Shown: positions 43,492 through 53,033, counted from the stretch's first letter. The stretch is 57,391 nt of DNA from Chlamydiota bacterium (GCA_037133055.1 JBAXOY010000003.1:1-57391); one strand, 5' to 3'. Translations and numbers: made by a program. The notes: generated from the sequence alone by a model not told the origin.

Positions 43492-45126
43492 ATGAAAATA
43501 GCCCTCGCGCAGATAAACCCGACGGTCGGCGACCTTTCCGGCAATGTGAAGCGGATCCTCCGCGCCGTCCGCCGGGCGGAGAGGAGCGGGGCCGACCTCT
43601 GCGTCCTCCCGGAGATGTGCATCACCGGATACCCGGCCCGCGACCTCCTCCTCAGCCGCGAGTTCATCGATGACAACCTGAAGGCGCTGGAGCGGCTCGC
43701 GGGGGATGTCGGAGAGATGCCGGTCATCGCGGGGTTCGTGGACCGGAACCGCGCGCCCGTCGGAAAGGGGCTCTTCAACGCAGGAGCCCTCATCCGTGGC
43801 GGCGCGGTGCGGCAGGTGTTCCACAAGATGCTCCTGCCCACCTACGACGTTTTCGACGAGCGCAGGTACTTCGACCCCGCGGACGGGGTGACCGTCGCGA
43901 CCGTCGCGGGGAAGAGGGTGGGGCTCACCATCTGCGAGGACATCTGGAACGTCCCGGAGTTCTGGCAGCGGCGCTTCTACGCGGCGGACCCGGTCGAGAT
44001 GCTGGTGAAGAAGGGCGCCGAGGTGCTCATCACCATCTCGGCCTCTCCGTTCGTGATCGGGGGCTGCGCCCTTCGCCGCTCGATAGCGAAGAGCATCGCA
44101 TCGCGGCACGGGATCCCGGTCTACTACGTCAACCAGGTGGGGGGAAACGATCAGCTCGTCTTCGACGGATGCAGCCTCGCGTTCGACGCCCGCGGAGAGC
44201 TGATCGCGCAGGGGAAGTCATTCGAGGAGGACCTCGTGTTCGCCGGGGCAGAGGCCCCGCATCCCGCGCTCTCCCCGGGGGAGGAGGCCCCGGATGAGAC
44301 CGTCTGTGATGCGCTGGTCCTCGGGGTCCGGGATTACGCGCGGAAGTGCGGCTTCCGGGACGCCATCGTGGGCCTGAGCGGAGGGATCGACTCCGCGGTG
44401 ACCGCGTGCATCGCGGTGCGCGCGCTCGGCAGGAAGCACGTGCGCGGCGTCTCGATGCCCTCGATGTACTCCTCCCGCGGGAGCGTCGAGGACGCCCGGG
44501 CACTGGCGAAGAATCTCGGCATCGGCGTTTCCGTCGTCCCGATCACCCCGGTGTACCGCGCATACCTCCGAACGCTCGCGCCGCATCTCCGGCGCCGCAG
44601 GCCCGACACGACCGAGGAGAATATTCAGGCCAGGATCCGCGGCAACATCCTGATGGCGCTCTCGAACAAGTTCGGCGCGCTCGTCCTTTCGACCGGGAAC
44701 AAGTCGGAGATGGCGGTGGGGTACTGCACCCTGTACGGGGACATGGCGGGCGGGCTCGCGGTGCTTTCGGACGTGCCGAAGACGCTCATCTACGGCATCG
44801 CGCGCCACCTGAACGAAGGCGGCGAGATCATTCCGCAGGCGAGCATCTCGAAGCCCCCCTCCGCGGAGCTCAAGCCGGGCCAGATCGACCAGGACACCCT
44901 GCCTCCCTACGAGGTGCTCGACGCGGTCCTCTCCCGCTACATCGAGAAGAGGCAGAGCCCGGAGGAGATCATCGCCGCGGGGTATGGCCGGAAGCTCGTC
45001 TGCGGGGTCATCAGGAGGGTGGAGCGGAACGAGTACAAGAGGCATCAGGCGCCGCCGGGGCTGAAGGTCACCTCGAAGGCGTTCGGATACGGGAGGAGAA
45101 TCCCCCTCGCCCAGAACTATTACTGA
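43492..45126 (+). CDS. nadE: glutamine-dependent NAD+ synthetase
   Basis: The N-terminal CN-hydrolase domain has MKIALAQINP, LPEMCITGY and CEDIW. The C-terminal synthetase has GLSGGIDSAV (PP-loop) and STGNKSEMAVGYCTLYGDM. Confidence 0.93.
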   Translation: MKIALAQINPTVGDLSGNVKRILRAVRRAERSGADLCVLPEMCITGYPARDLLLSREFIDDNLKALERLAGDVGEMPVIAGFVDRNRAPVGKGLFNAGALIRGGAVRQVFHKMLLPTYDVFDERRYFDPADGVTVATVAGKRVGLTICEDIWNVPEFWQRRFYAADPVEMLVKKGAEVLITISASPFVIGGCALRRSIAKSIASRHGIPVYYVNQVGGNDQLVFDGCSLAFDARGELIAQGKSFEEDLVFAGAEAPHPALSPGEEAPDETVCDALVLGVRDYARKCGFRDAIVGLSGGIDSAVTACIAVRALGRKHVRGVSMPSMYSSRGSVEDARALAKNLGIGVSVVPITPVYRAYLRTLAPHLRRRRPDTTEENIQARIRGNILMALSNKFGALVLSTGNKSEMAVGYCTLYGDMAGGLAVLSDVPKTLIYGIARHLNEGGEIIPQASISKPPSAELKPGQIDQDTLPPYEVLDAVLSRYIEKRQSPEEIIAAGYGRKLVCGVIRRVERNEYKRHQAPPGLKVTSKAFGYGRRIPLAQNYY

Positions 45127-45173
45127 GGGGAAATGGGGTAAACCGCGGCAGGGACTCGGCTTTAACGTAGCAC

Positions 45174-45409
45174 GCAGATGAACGCAGATCGTCTGGATAG
45201 ACAGGATACAAAAGGGAGATAAAAATTGGACACAGATTTCGCAGATGAACGCAGATACCATAGAGGATATTTTGAGAGACGTACCTCCTTGAGAGCAGAT
45301 GGGACGCGGATTGCCGCGGATAAACGCGGATTTTTAACGCAGCGTGCTCGCATCTTGAACCTATAATCTTGAACCATTGTGGTATCTGCGCACTCTGTGT
45401 TCATCTGCG
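45174..45409. repeat. AT-richer intergenic element with repeated and inverted words (GCAGATGAACGCAGAT, CGCGGATAA, CTTGAACC)
   Basis: GCAGATGAACGCAGAT occurs at 45174 and 45241, with its inverse GTTCATCTGCG at about 45399. CCGCGGATAAACGCGGAT is at 45313. CTTGAACC-TATAAT-CTTGAACC is at 45354-75. Confidence 0.8.
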
Positions 45410-45446
45410 TCCCGGCGTTGAAGCGCATAACGCTGAATTCCCGCAC

Positions 45447-46847
45447 TCAATCCTGCCTTTTAAGCTCTTCCGCCCGCTCTCGATGGTAGCCCGCCCTTGA
45501 CCGGTCCTTCAGCATGCGGTAGACGCGGCTCAGGATCTCGTGGCATCTGATCCGCTCATCCCGGTATTTCGGGTTCGCGTTCCCGAGCGCCCGCTCTCCG
45601 ATCTCGGCCGCGCCGCGCGGGTCCCTCCGGCGCATCCGGATCTCGCATTTGCCCGCGAGGGCGCGGGTGTTGCCGGGATAGAGATCGAGGAGCCGGTCGA
45701 GCACCCCGTCCGCGGCATCGAGTTCCCCGGCGGCGAGGAATGCCTCCCCCCGCGTGACGAGGGCGGTGTAGGTGTCGGGCCCCGCCTTGAGCGCCTTCGC
45801 GAGCACGCCGTGATGCGCCGCCGCCTTCCTGTCCCGGAGCTTCCTGCAGGCGGCCTCCAGCACCTCGTGGCCGTGCGCGAGCTCGAAGGCGAAATAGGGC
45901 GGGGTGCGCTTCAGCGCCTCCTCGCAGAGACTCCTTGCCGCGGCCGCATCCCCGCGCATGAGGGTGAGCTCGGCGCGGCCGATCGCGAGGCGGGAGTTGC
46001 CTGCATAGCGCGCCCCGAGGGAATTCAGCTCCTCTTCCGCCTCGGCCATGCGCCCCCGGCGCAGGTAGAGTTCTGCGAGGCTGGCGCCTCCCTGGAAGGT
46101 GCCGCGGACCTTCTTGAAGCACTCCTCCGCCCCGGCGAGTTTGCCGGATTCCGCAAGCGCCCACCCGAGCATGCCGATGAGGTCGGCGTCGTCGCTCTTG
46201 AGATCGAGGGCCATCCGGTAGTACCTGGCCGCGCGCGGCCAGTCCTGTCCCTTGGCGTACAGCCGGCCGAGATCCTTGCACCTTCGATAGCTCGACCCGA
46301 AACGCCTGATCGCCTCGCGGAGGTTCGCGATGCCGCGGGTGAAATCCTTCATCTTCTCCACCAGGAGGAAGTGGATCCGCTCGTGGCTCCGCTCCTTCAG
46401 CGCCCCGCTGCGGGGGATCGCGCGGTAGAGCCGGACCGCCTCCTCGAACATGCTGTGGTCGCGGCATATCCGGTCGATCTTCTCGTACGGCACGGGGTCG
46501 TCGGGGTTGGCGCGGATGAGCTTCCTGTAGAGGCCGATCGCGCGGGGCACGTCGCCGGCCTCGCAGTACGTCCTCCCGAGATGGCTCAGGAGGTCGCGCT
46601 CTCCGGGATGAAGGGAGAGGGCCTTCCTGAGCAGCGCCGCCGCCGCGTCGTGACGGTTGTCCTGCCGCATGAGCGCGGCGAGCTGCTTGAAGTTGGAGAG
46701 CTGCTGCGGACGTTCGCGGATGAGGTCGTAGAGCTTCTGTTTTTCGGGCGTATCGATTCCCGCGATGGAGGGGTCCGGGCGGGTCTCAGTCGTCCGACGA
46801 GGCCGCGGCGGACTCTTTTTTCTTTTCTTTTTTTGTGACGGTGGCAT
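45447..46847 (-). CDS. TPR-repeat protein
   Basis: 466 aa with about 10 TPR-like 34-mers (A..Y...L...P.D). The basic N-terminus MPPSQKKKRKK overlaps the upstream FmdB-like gene by 62 nt, so the start is uncertain. Confidence 0.75.
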   Translation of the reverse strand: MPPSQKKKRKKSPPRPRRTTETRPDPSIAGIDTPEKQKLYDLIRERPQQLSNFKQLAALMRQDNRHDAAAALLRKALSLHPGERDLLSHLGRTYCEAGDVPRAIGLYRKLIRANPDDPVPYEKIDRICRDHSMFEEAVRLYRAIPRSGALKERSHERIHFLLVEKMKDFTRGIANLREAIRRFGSSYRRCKDLGRLYAKGQDWPRAARYYRMALDLKSDDADLIGMLGWALAESGKLAGAEECFKKVRGTFQGGASLAELYLRRGRMAEAEEELNSLGARYAGNSRLAIGRAELTLMRGDAAAARSLCEEALKRTPPYFAFELAHGHEVLEAACRKLRDRKAAAHHGVLAKALKAGPDTYTALVTRGEAFLAAGELDAADGVLDRLLDLYPGNTRALAGKCEIRMRRRDPRGAAEIGERALGNANPKYRDERIRCHEILSRVYRMLKDRSRAGYHRERAEELKRQD

Positions 46848-47058
46848 CTTTTTCCTTTTTCTCCGCGGCCCGATACCCCTGGCTGCGGTAGTCGGTTGCG
46901 TGGAAGCCGTGGCCCTTGAAGATGATGCCGGCCCCCGCGCTGATGAGCCGCCTCACGGCGCCTCCGCAGTCGGGACAGGCCTTGAGCGGTTTCGCCGTGA
47001 TGGGCTGAAACCGCTCGAAGCGGCCGCAGTTCGGGCATTCGTACTCGTAGGTGGGCAT
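46786..47058 (-). CDS. FmdB-family zinc-ribbon protein
   Basis: 90 aa. MPTYEYECPNCGRFE...CPDCGGAVRRLIS, followed by a K/E-rich tail. Confidence 0.8.
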   Translation of the reverse strand: MPTYEYECPNCGRFERFQPITAKPLKACPDCGGAVRRLISAGAGIIFKGHGFHATDYRSQGYRAAEKKEKDATVTKKEKKKESAAASSDD

Positions 47059-47139
47059 GAGGCCGGCAGTCCCCCGCGGATCCGCCTCGGGACGGGGGAA
47101 GCCCGTACCCGGGCTCTTCCGCACCGCGGGGTCAGGCTC

Positions 47140-48126
47140 CTAGGGTTTCGGCGCTGCGTCGGGCTTCAGGCCGAGATAGATGAGCGTCCCCGAGACGCAC
47201 CAGATCACGAATGGCAGGGCCAGGATCGCGAGGCGTATGATGAGCGTGGAGATGCCCCAGATGACGCCGGCGAACGTGTAGGTCCACCGCAAATCGCGCC
47301 CGGACGCGGGGCCTGTCCATTCAGACTGAAGCAGGGCAGAGGGGCAGCCCGGCAGGGGGAGGCAGAACGATCCGGCCACGCGGTTGAAGGCCGCGTACAT
47401 CTTCGGCGGCACGGAGGAGACGATGTTCGCGTATTTGTCGCCCATCGCCCGTTGGGAAAGCATCTCGTTCTCGAACATCAGGACGTGGAAGAAGAGGAGC
47501 GCGATGCCGACCACGACCGCGGTGGCAACCAGGTAGCCGATGAAGCGCAGGGTGTGCGACCGCAAAAAGTCGTTGAGCTCGCTCACGGGGCTTTCCTTGC
47601 CCACCATGATGATGGAGGGAAGGAGGAACGTCCCGCAGACAAAAATGAGTTCTGCGGCGAGAATGAGGGCGCTCAGGAAGAAGAGGGGTATCGCGAGAAA
47701 CGGCCACACGATCTCCCCGATGACGGGGATGAGGCCGCACCAGTCCGCGACCACGTGGCAAAGCATCATGACGAAGATGATGAGCACGATCTTCAGGGGG
47801 GCGATGATGAGCGGCTTCGCGGATTTCCTCGCGGCCCGCAGCGCCCCCTTTATATCCACCGCCGGGAGCCCGGCAACCTCCGCCACGGTCACCTTCGCGA
47901 TTGCGCCCCACGTGACGAACATGATGAATATCACCGCGACCCAGTTCACGAGCGCGATGAGTGTCTGCAGGCGCTCCCTGAAGATGAACACGCCGATGTG
48001 GAGGATGATGAGCGAGGCGACGCAGGCGCAGACCATTCCGCCGATCTGCAGTGCGATCTTTTTTCCGCTGAACGAAAGGCTGAAAATCCTTGAAAATGTC
48101 CGCATTCCCGTATCCAGCGCTTCCAT
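47140..48126 (-). CDS. hypothetical polytopic membrane protein
   Basis: 328 aa from MEALDTGMRTF, with about 7 TM helices. No motif recognised. It lies upstream of, and is co-oriented with, the FmdB-like gene. Confidence 0.65.
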   Translation of the reverse strand: MEALDTGMRTFSRIFSLSFSGKKIALQIGGMVCACVASLIILHIGVFIFRERLQTLIALVNWVAVIFIMFVTWGAIAKVTVAEVAGLPAVDIKGALRAARKSAKPLIIAPLKIVLIIFVMMLCHVVADWCGLIPVIGEIVWPFLAIPLFFLSALILAAELIFVCGTFLLPSIIMVGKESPVSELNDFLRSHTLRFIGYLVATAVVVGIALLFFHVLMFENEMLSQRAMGDKYANIVSSVPPKMYAAFNRVAGSFCLPLPGCPSALLQSEWTGPASGRDLRWTYTFAGVIWGISTLIIRLAILALPFVIWCVSGTLIYLGLKPDAAPKP

Positions 48127-48211
48127 CGTCCGATCCCTCCTTGCCGTAGTCCCGGTGCGCGCGATATGCACTCTAACCTGAATGGTACCGCAGTGCCGTG
48201 AGTTATGTCAA

Positions 48212-48231
48212 GCCCAATTGCGCCCAATTGC
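48212..48231. repeat. 10-mer tandem GCCCAATTGC x2
   Basis: Contiguous perfect copies in the divergent intergenic region 48127-48310. Confidence 0.85.
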
Positions 48232-48270
48232 GCATCAAGCCGTAGAGCGAGCCCCGCGGCACGGAATCAG

Positions 48271-48299
48271 TTGCGCGGCGCGTGCCTGCATGGTAGACT
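48271..48299 (+). promoter_or_regulatory. sigma70-like promoter candidate TTGCGC-N17-TAGACT
   Basis: -35 at 48271-76, -10 at 48294-99. This would give a near-leaderless transcript for ATG 48311. Confidence 0.35.
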
Positions 48300-48310
48300 G
48301 TGCCGTCACA

Positions 48311-48490
48311 ATGGGACACCCGATGGTTCCGACACGATCTCCATGGCTGGTGGGCGCGGTGCTGGGTATCGCCGTCCTTATGGCGTTTCTCGCGGGCTGC
48401 TCGACCCCCGAGGGTGGATCTTCCATCCCGTGGGCCAAGCCCGAACCTTGGGAAAACCAGCCAAACCTCAGGCCCGGCGTGCGGTTCTGA
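48311..48490 (+). CDS. 59-aa lipoprotein (hypothetical)
   Basis: MGHPMVPTRSPWLVGAVLGIAVLMAFLAGCSTPEGG carries a lipobox (LAGC). Confidence 0.5.
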   Translation: MGHPMVPTRSPWLVGAVLGIAVLMAFLAGCSTPEGGSSIPWAKPEPWENQPNLRPGVRF

Positions 48491-48508
48491 CGCGGGCGTC
48501 ACGCGGCT

Positions 48509-49744
48509 ATGCGGCCTTTCCCTGGAAACATTTCACACGCGATGACGGGGCCGGACCCCGGCGCGCGGCATCCCGACGCCGTTTCGGGGAGGGGACTCCG
48601 CATCGCCGTGCGCGCCGCGCTTCTGCTGTGTGCCTGCGCCGGGGCCGCCTCCGCCCTCCCCCACCATGGCGCGAAGCCGGCGGGGCGATCGTCCGAGATG
48701 CGCGGCATCTGGGTCGAGTGCGAGGGCGTCAACGCGACATTTTCGAGCCGTGCCGGGATCGAAGAGATGTTCAGGAGGCTGGAGAAGGCGAAGGTCAACA
48801 CGGTCTTCATGCAGGTGTACCGGGGCAACAGGGCATGGTACCGCTCCGGCATCGCCAACGCGGAACCGTACAGGGCCTTTTACGACAAGGAGAAGGTCTG
48901 CCCGCTGCGGCTGGCGATCGACATGGCCCACGCGCGGGGCATGCAGCTCCACGCCTGGGTGAACGTGTTCAGGGTGTGGGGCGGCAGGGACGCGGAGATC
49001 ATACGGAAGCTCGGGAAGGGGGCGATGACCCGCGACCGGAGTGGCCGGTCCATCCTCGACTACCCGAAGGGCGCGCTCCCCGACAGCGGCTACTGGCTGG
49101 AACCGGGCGATCCGGGTGCGCGTGGATACGTGTTGCGGATCGTGCAGGAGATACTGGACCGCTATCCCGACATCGACGGCATCCATCTCGACTATGTCCG
49201 GTACCCGTTCGACGAGAAGGGGAAGACGGACTTCGGCTACGGGCGCGGCAGCGTGGCGGCTTTTAAAAAGTCCGCCGGCGTCGATCCCGCCCGGTGTGCC
49301 GGCGCGGAGCGTGCGCTCTGGGACGGGTGGAGAAGGGATCAGGTGTCCCTCTTCGTCGCGGGGGCGAAAGGGCTCGCCGCCGCCAGGGGGAAGCTGCTTT
49401 CCGTGGCGATTGTTCCCGACGAGAAAAAGTGCCGCGAGGCCACCTTTCAGGACTGGCGCCGCTGGCTGAGCGAGGGGCTCGTGGACTTCGTGGTGCCCAT
49501 GAACTACAGCGAACGTCGGGAGCTGGTCCGGAAGCGCGCGGCGGAGGTGCTCTCCGCGGCGGGAACGGGGGCGCGGGTAGCCATGGGGCTCGGCGCGTAC
49601 AAGGTGCTCGATTCCCCCGCGGCGCTCGCGGCGCAGATCCGGGACTGCCGTGGGATGGGGGCGCTCGGCGTGGTCCTCTTCTCCTACGATAACATGACCA
49701 GGCGCCCGGAGATATTCGCCTATCTCGGGGAAAAGGTGTTCTGA
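48509..49744 (+). CDS. glycoside-hydrolase-like family 10 (GHL10/DUF187) protein
   Basis: MRGIWVE......IEEMFRRLEKAKVNTVFMQVYRGNRAWYRS and DGIHLDYVRYP fit the TIM-barrel GHL10 pattern. Signal-like AVRAALLLCACAGAASA. Confidence 0.75.
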   Translation: MRPFPGNISHAMTGPDPGARHPDAVSGRGLRIAVRAALLLCACAGAASALPHHGAKPAGRSSEMRGIWVECEGVNATFSSRAGIEEMFRRLEKAKVNTVFMQVYRGNRAWYRSGIANAEPYRAFYDKEKVCPLRLAIDMAHARGMQLHAWVNVFRVWGGRDAEIIRKLGKGAMTRDRSGRSILDYPKGALPDSGYWLEPGDPGARGYVLRIVQEILDRYPDIDGIHLDYVRYPFDEKGKTDFGYGRGSVAAFKKSAGVDPARCAGAERALWDGWRRDQVSLFVAGAKGLAAARGKLLSVAIVPDEKKCREATFQDWRRWLSEGLVDFVVPMNYSERRELVRKRAAEVLSAAGTGARVAMGLGAYKVLDSPAALAAQIRDCRGMGALGVVLFSYDNMTRRPEIFAYLGEKVF

Positions 49745-49746
49745 AC

Positions 49747-49891
49747 GTAACTGCTCAGGAGCCAGAATTCAGGAGTCAGGAGCCAGGAGTTAGAATGAGC
49801 AACTACTCGAAGAGGTCAGCAAGCTACTGGAAGATTATTCACGATCCATTCTGGATTCTGGCTCCTGGCTTCTGACTACCTGAGTAGTTAC
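49747..49891. repeat. long imperfect inverted repeat of CAGGAG[CT]C-type words
   Basis: GTAACTGCTCAGG (49747-) pairs with CCTGAGTAGTTAC (-49891), and AGTCAGGAGCCAGGAG pairs with CTCCTGGCTTCTGACT. The region is AT-richer than the flanks. Confidence 0.8.
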
Positions 49892-49950
49892 TTTTGAACC
49901 GGCGCATGGATAGCGGGCCGGGCGCGTCACCGCGCCCGACAGGAGGATGG

Positions 49951-50556
49951 ATGATGAACGACGAGTCGAGCAGCAAAAATCTTTACGGTCTCTGTATTCT
50001 TGCGGCGGCCATCGTGCTGGGGCTTTTCCTGGTATTCAGGCAGATCGTCGCCCTGCAGCGGACGAGGATTGAAATCGCCGCGAAGGCCGCGCAAAACGCT
50101 CCCACCCCCGCGCCGCTTTCCGTCGATAAGGCGGTGACCTTGAAGGACGAGACCAAAAAGATCGTCGAAACACAGCGCGAAATCGAGGATCAGGACAAGC
50201 TGGAGGCATACGAGAAGGAGGAAAGCCGGCCGGGCCTGATACAGGTCTTTCGCATCGGGCAGCAGCTTCCCCAGAAGAAGGTCGAGGGGGTTGAGTTCGT
50301 GAAGGCCGTGCTCTTCAGGACCCAAATGGGGACCGGAAAGGTGCTCGCCGACGTCGCCCTTCTGAACGACACGGGAATCCCCGTCACCCCGCGCTTCCAG
50401 CTCATGCTCTTCAATGCGAAAGGCAAGTTCCTGTGCAGGGACACGGTTCTCTATATCACGGAGGAGCTCGCCCCCGGGGACAAAAAGATGGAGACGATGA
50501 GCCTGGCCCACGGACCCGCGGGGGTCGCCTACTACGAGTTCAGGAAGCTCGACTGA
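49951..50556 (+). CDS. hypothetical membrane-anchored protein
   Basis: 201 aa. N-terminal anchor LYGLCILAAAIVLGLFLVF, then a charged linker and a ~100-aa beta-rich C-terminal domain. AGGAGG lies upstream (start 49951 or 49954). Confidence 0.6.
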   Translation: MMNDESSSKNLYGLCILAAAIVLGLFLVFRQIVALQRTRIEIAAKAAQNAPTPAPLSVDKAVTLKDETKKIVETQREIEDQDKLEAYEKEESRPGLIQVFRIGQQLPQKKVEGVEFVKAVLFRTQMGTGKVLADVALLNDTGIPVTPRFQLMLFNAKGKFLCRDTVLYITEELAPGDKKMETMSLAHGPAGVAYYEFRKLD

Positions 50557-50573
50557 GTCCGCGGGCCGACCTC

Positions 50574-51119
50574 ATGGGCATGCCGAGGGAGAAGGGGCCG
50601 GTGGTGAGGGTCGCCGCGTTGCTCTCGCCCGCCGGCGAAGAGCCGGGGCCGCTCCTGGATTCGCTCGAGGGGCTCTGGGGGCCCCTGAAGAGCGTGAGCG
50701 AGCCGATGGATTTCCGATTCACACGCTTCTACGAAAGGGAGATGGGGCCCGGTCTCGCAAGGCGCTTTCTCGCCTTCGCGGACCTTGCTCCCGCGGAGGG
50801 CCTTCGGGCATGGAAGCGTGCGAGCAACGCGCTGGAGTCGAGGCTCGCGGTCCACGGCGGGCGGCGGGCGAACGTGGACCCGGGCTACCTCGACCTGGGG
50901 ACGGTTGTGGTGGCGTCCGTGAAGGATGCCGCGTACCGGGTATATCTCGGGGGGGGCATTTACGCGCAGCCCATGCTTTACTTCGAGACGGGGGGCTTCC
51001 GGGCGTGGCCCTGGACGTATCCGGATTACGCGATGCGAGCGGCGGTCGAGTTTTTCAACGCGGTGAGGGCGGGGTACCGGGATGCCGTGCGGCAGGGTGC
51101 GCGCGCCGTTTCCGGTTGA
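50574..51119 (+). CDS. DUF4416-like protein
   Basis: 181 aa. FTRFYEREMG...RRANVDPGYLDLGTVVVASVKD...YAQ resembles DUF4416 as I remember it. Confidence 0.6.
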   Translation: MGMPREKGPVVRVAALLSPAGEEPGPLLDSLEGLWGPLKSVSEPMDFRFTRFYEREMGPGLARRFLAFADLAPAEGLRAWKRASNALESRLAVHGGRRANVDPGYLDLGTVVVASVKDAAYRVYLGGGIYAQPMLYFETGGFRAWPWTYPDYAMRAAVEFFNAVRAGYRDAVRQGARAVSG

Positions 51120-51165
51120 CTTGCCCCGTGCCCATTGCTATCATGCGTTCCCCGTGACTGTTACC

Positions 51166-52044
51166 ATGAAACCGAGCGGATCGGCAATGCGCGACACTGA
51201 AAAGGCGGCAACGCGCCCCCTCAACGACTCGTTCATACGGGAGCTCGAGGAGCGGGCGCGGGTCATACGCTCGAACATCATCAGGATGATCGCCCGGGCG
51301 GGGTCGGGGCATCCCGGCGGATCCCTTTCCGTCGCCGACATCCTCACGGCCGTTTACTTCACCCGGTTGAACCACCGCCCGAAGAACCCGCGCTGGGCGG
51401 ACAGAGACCGGTTCATCCTCTCGAAGGGCCACGCCGCCCCGGCGCTCTACGCGGTCCTCGGGGAGTGCGGCTATTTCCCCAAGGGCGAGTTCCTGAAGCT
51501 GCGCAAGTTCGGCGCCATGCTCCAGGGGCATCCGGACGCGACCAGGGTCCCCGGGGTCGAGACCTCGACGGGCTCCCTCGGGCAGGGCCTCTCCGTCGGG
51601 GTGGGCATGGCGCTCGCGGGAAGGCTGGACGGCAAGGACTATCGGGTGTATGTCTGCCTCGGCGACGGCGAGCTCGAGGAGGGCGAAGTCTGGGAAGCGG
51701 CGATGGCGGCCGCCCACTACACGCTTGACCGCATCTGCGCCATCGTCGATTTCAACGGGCTGCAGATCGACGGCAGAATACAGGACACTATGAACCCCGA
51801 ACCGATACCGGCGAAGTGGGAGGCGTTCGGCTGGGCCGTGCGGGAGATCGACGGGCACGATTTCCGGCAGATCATCGCCGCCCTCGACTGGGCGGCGGAG
51901 CCGAAGGGGAAGCCCTCCGCCATAATCGCCAGGACCGTGAAGGGGAAGGGCGTCTCGTTTATGGAAGCGCAGGTCAACTGGCACGGCGTGGCGCCGACGG
52001 CGGACGAGGCGAAGCGGGCGCTCGCCGAACTTGGAGAGGCGTGA
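51166..52044 (+). CDS. transketolase, N-terminal (TPP-binding) subunit
   Basis: GSGHPGGSLSVADIL, LSKGHAAPALYA, GSLGQGLSVGVGMA and GDGELEEG match the split transketolase N-terminal subunit. Confidence 0.92.
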   Translation: MKPSGSAMRDTEKAATRPLNDSFIRELEERARVIRSNIIRMIARAGSGHPGGSLSVADILTAVYFTRLNHRPKNPRWADRDRFILSKGHAAPALYAVLGECGYFPKGEFLKLRKFGAMLQGHPDATRVPGVETSTGSLGQGLSVGVGMALAGRLDGKDYRVYVCLGDGELEEGEVWEAAMAAAHYTLDRICAIVDFNGLQIDGRIQDTMNPEPIPAKWEAFGWAVREIDGHDFRQIIAALDWAAEPKGKPSAIIARTVKGKGVSFMEAQVNWHGVAPTADEAKRALAELGEA

Positions 52045-52048
52045 GGGT

Positions 52049-52993
52049 ATGGGCGTCGCCAAGGCGATACGGGACGGGTACGGGGAGGCGCTGCTCGAAC
52101 TCGGCAGGAGCGACAGAAACGTCGTCGTGCTCGACGCCGACCTCGCCGAGTCGACGCGTTCCTCCGTGTTCAGAAGGGCCTATCCCGAGCGTTTCTTCAA
52201 CGCGGGCATCGCAGAGCAGAACATGATCAACATGGCGGTCGGACTCGCGCTCTCCGGGAAGACCGTCTTCGCGTCCAGCTTCGCGATATTCGCGACCGGG
52301 CGCTGCTGGGAGCAGCTCAGGAACTCCGTCGCGGCCACCAGGGCGAACGTGAAGGTCGTCGCGAGTCACGGCGGGCTCACCGTCGGGGCCGACGGCCTCT
52401 CCCACCAGTGCGTCGAGGATTTATCCCTGATGAGGACCATCCCCCATTTTACCGTCATCGTCCCGTGCGACTGGATCGAGGCGAAGAAGGCGGTGCTCGC
52501 CGCCGCCCGGATGCAGGGGCCGGTTTACATCCGCACATCGAGACCGAAGACCGAGCAGCTCACGACCGAGGAGACGCCGTTCGTGATCGGCAAGTCCGTG
52601 TGCCTGCGGGCGGGGGGAGACGTCGCCCTGATCGCGTGCGGCATCATGGTCGGCGCGGCCGTCGCGGCCGCCAAAGCGCTCGCCGAAGAGGGGATCGGGG
52701 CGACGGTCATCGACATGCACACGATCAAGCCCCTGGACGCACAGGCGGTCATCGCCGCGGCGCGAGCCACCGGCGCCCTCGTGACGGCGGAGGAGCACAC
52801 CCTGATCGGCGGGCTCGGCAGCGCCGTCGCGGAAACGGTGGTGGGATGGTGCCCGGTGCCCGTCGAGATGGTCGGGATCCGCGACCGGTTCGGGCAGTCC
52901 GGGGAGCCCGAGGAGCTGCTCCGGAAATACGGCCTGACCTCCGAAGAGATCTGCAAGGCCGCGAAAAGGGCATTGAGCAGAAAGAAGGGCTGA
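52049..52993 (+). CDS. transketolase, C-terminal (pyrimidine-binding) subunit
   Basis: RFFNAGIAEQNMI, SFAIFATGRCWEQ, GGLTVGADGLSHQ and IRTSRP. The start is 5 nt after the N-terminal subunit stop. Confidence 0.92.
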   Translation: MGVAKAIRDGYGEALLELGRSDRNVVVLDADLAESTRSSVFRRAYPERFFNAGIAEQNMINMAVGLALSGKTVFASSFAIFATGRCWEQLRNSVAATRANVKVVASHGGLTVGADGLSHQCVEDLSLMRTIPHFTVIVPCDWIEAKKAVLAAARMQGPVYIRTSRPKTEQLTTEETPFVIGKSVCLRAGGDVALIACGIMVGAAVAAAKALAEEGIGATVIDMHTIKPLDAQAVIAAARATGALVTAEEHTLIGGLGSAVAETVVGWCPVPVEMVGIRDRFGQSGEPEELLRKYGLTSEEICKAAKRALSRKKG

Positions 52994-53033
52994 GTTTTTC
53001 TCCACACGGACGCCAACCACGGAAACCGCGACA

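Noticed and set aside
45162-45446. 94-aa minus-strand ORF in the nadE-TPR spacer
   Set aside because: It has AT-rich, Cys/Arg/Ser-biased, atypical codon usage and no SD, and it is built from the repeated words. It is more likely non-coding.
46786-46847. 62-nt overlap between the FmdB-like gene end and the TPR gene start, as a possible frameshift or fusion
   Set aside because: Both frames are low-complexity K/E/R-rich here. The simplest explanation is that the TPR protein starts at a downstream non-ATG codon. I see no slippery sequence or other evidence for programmed frameshifting.
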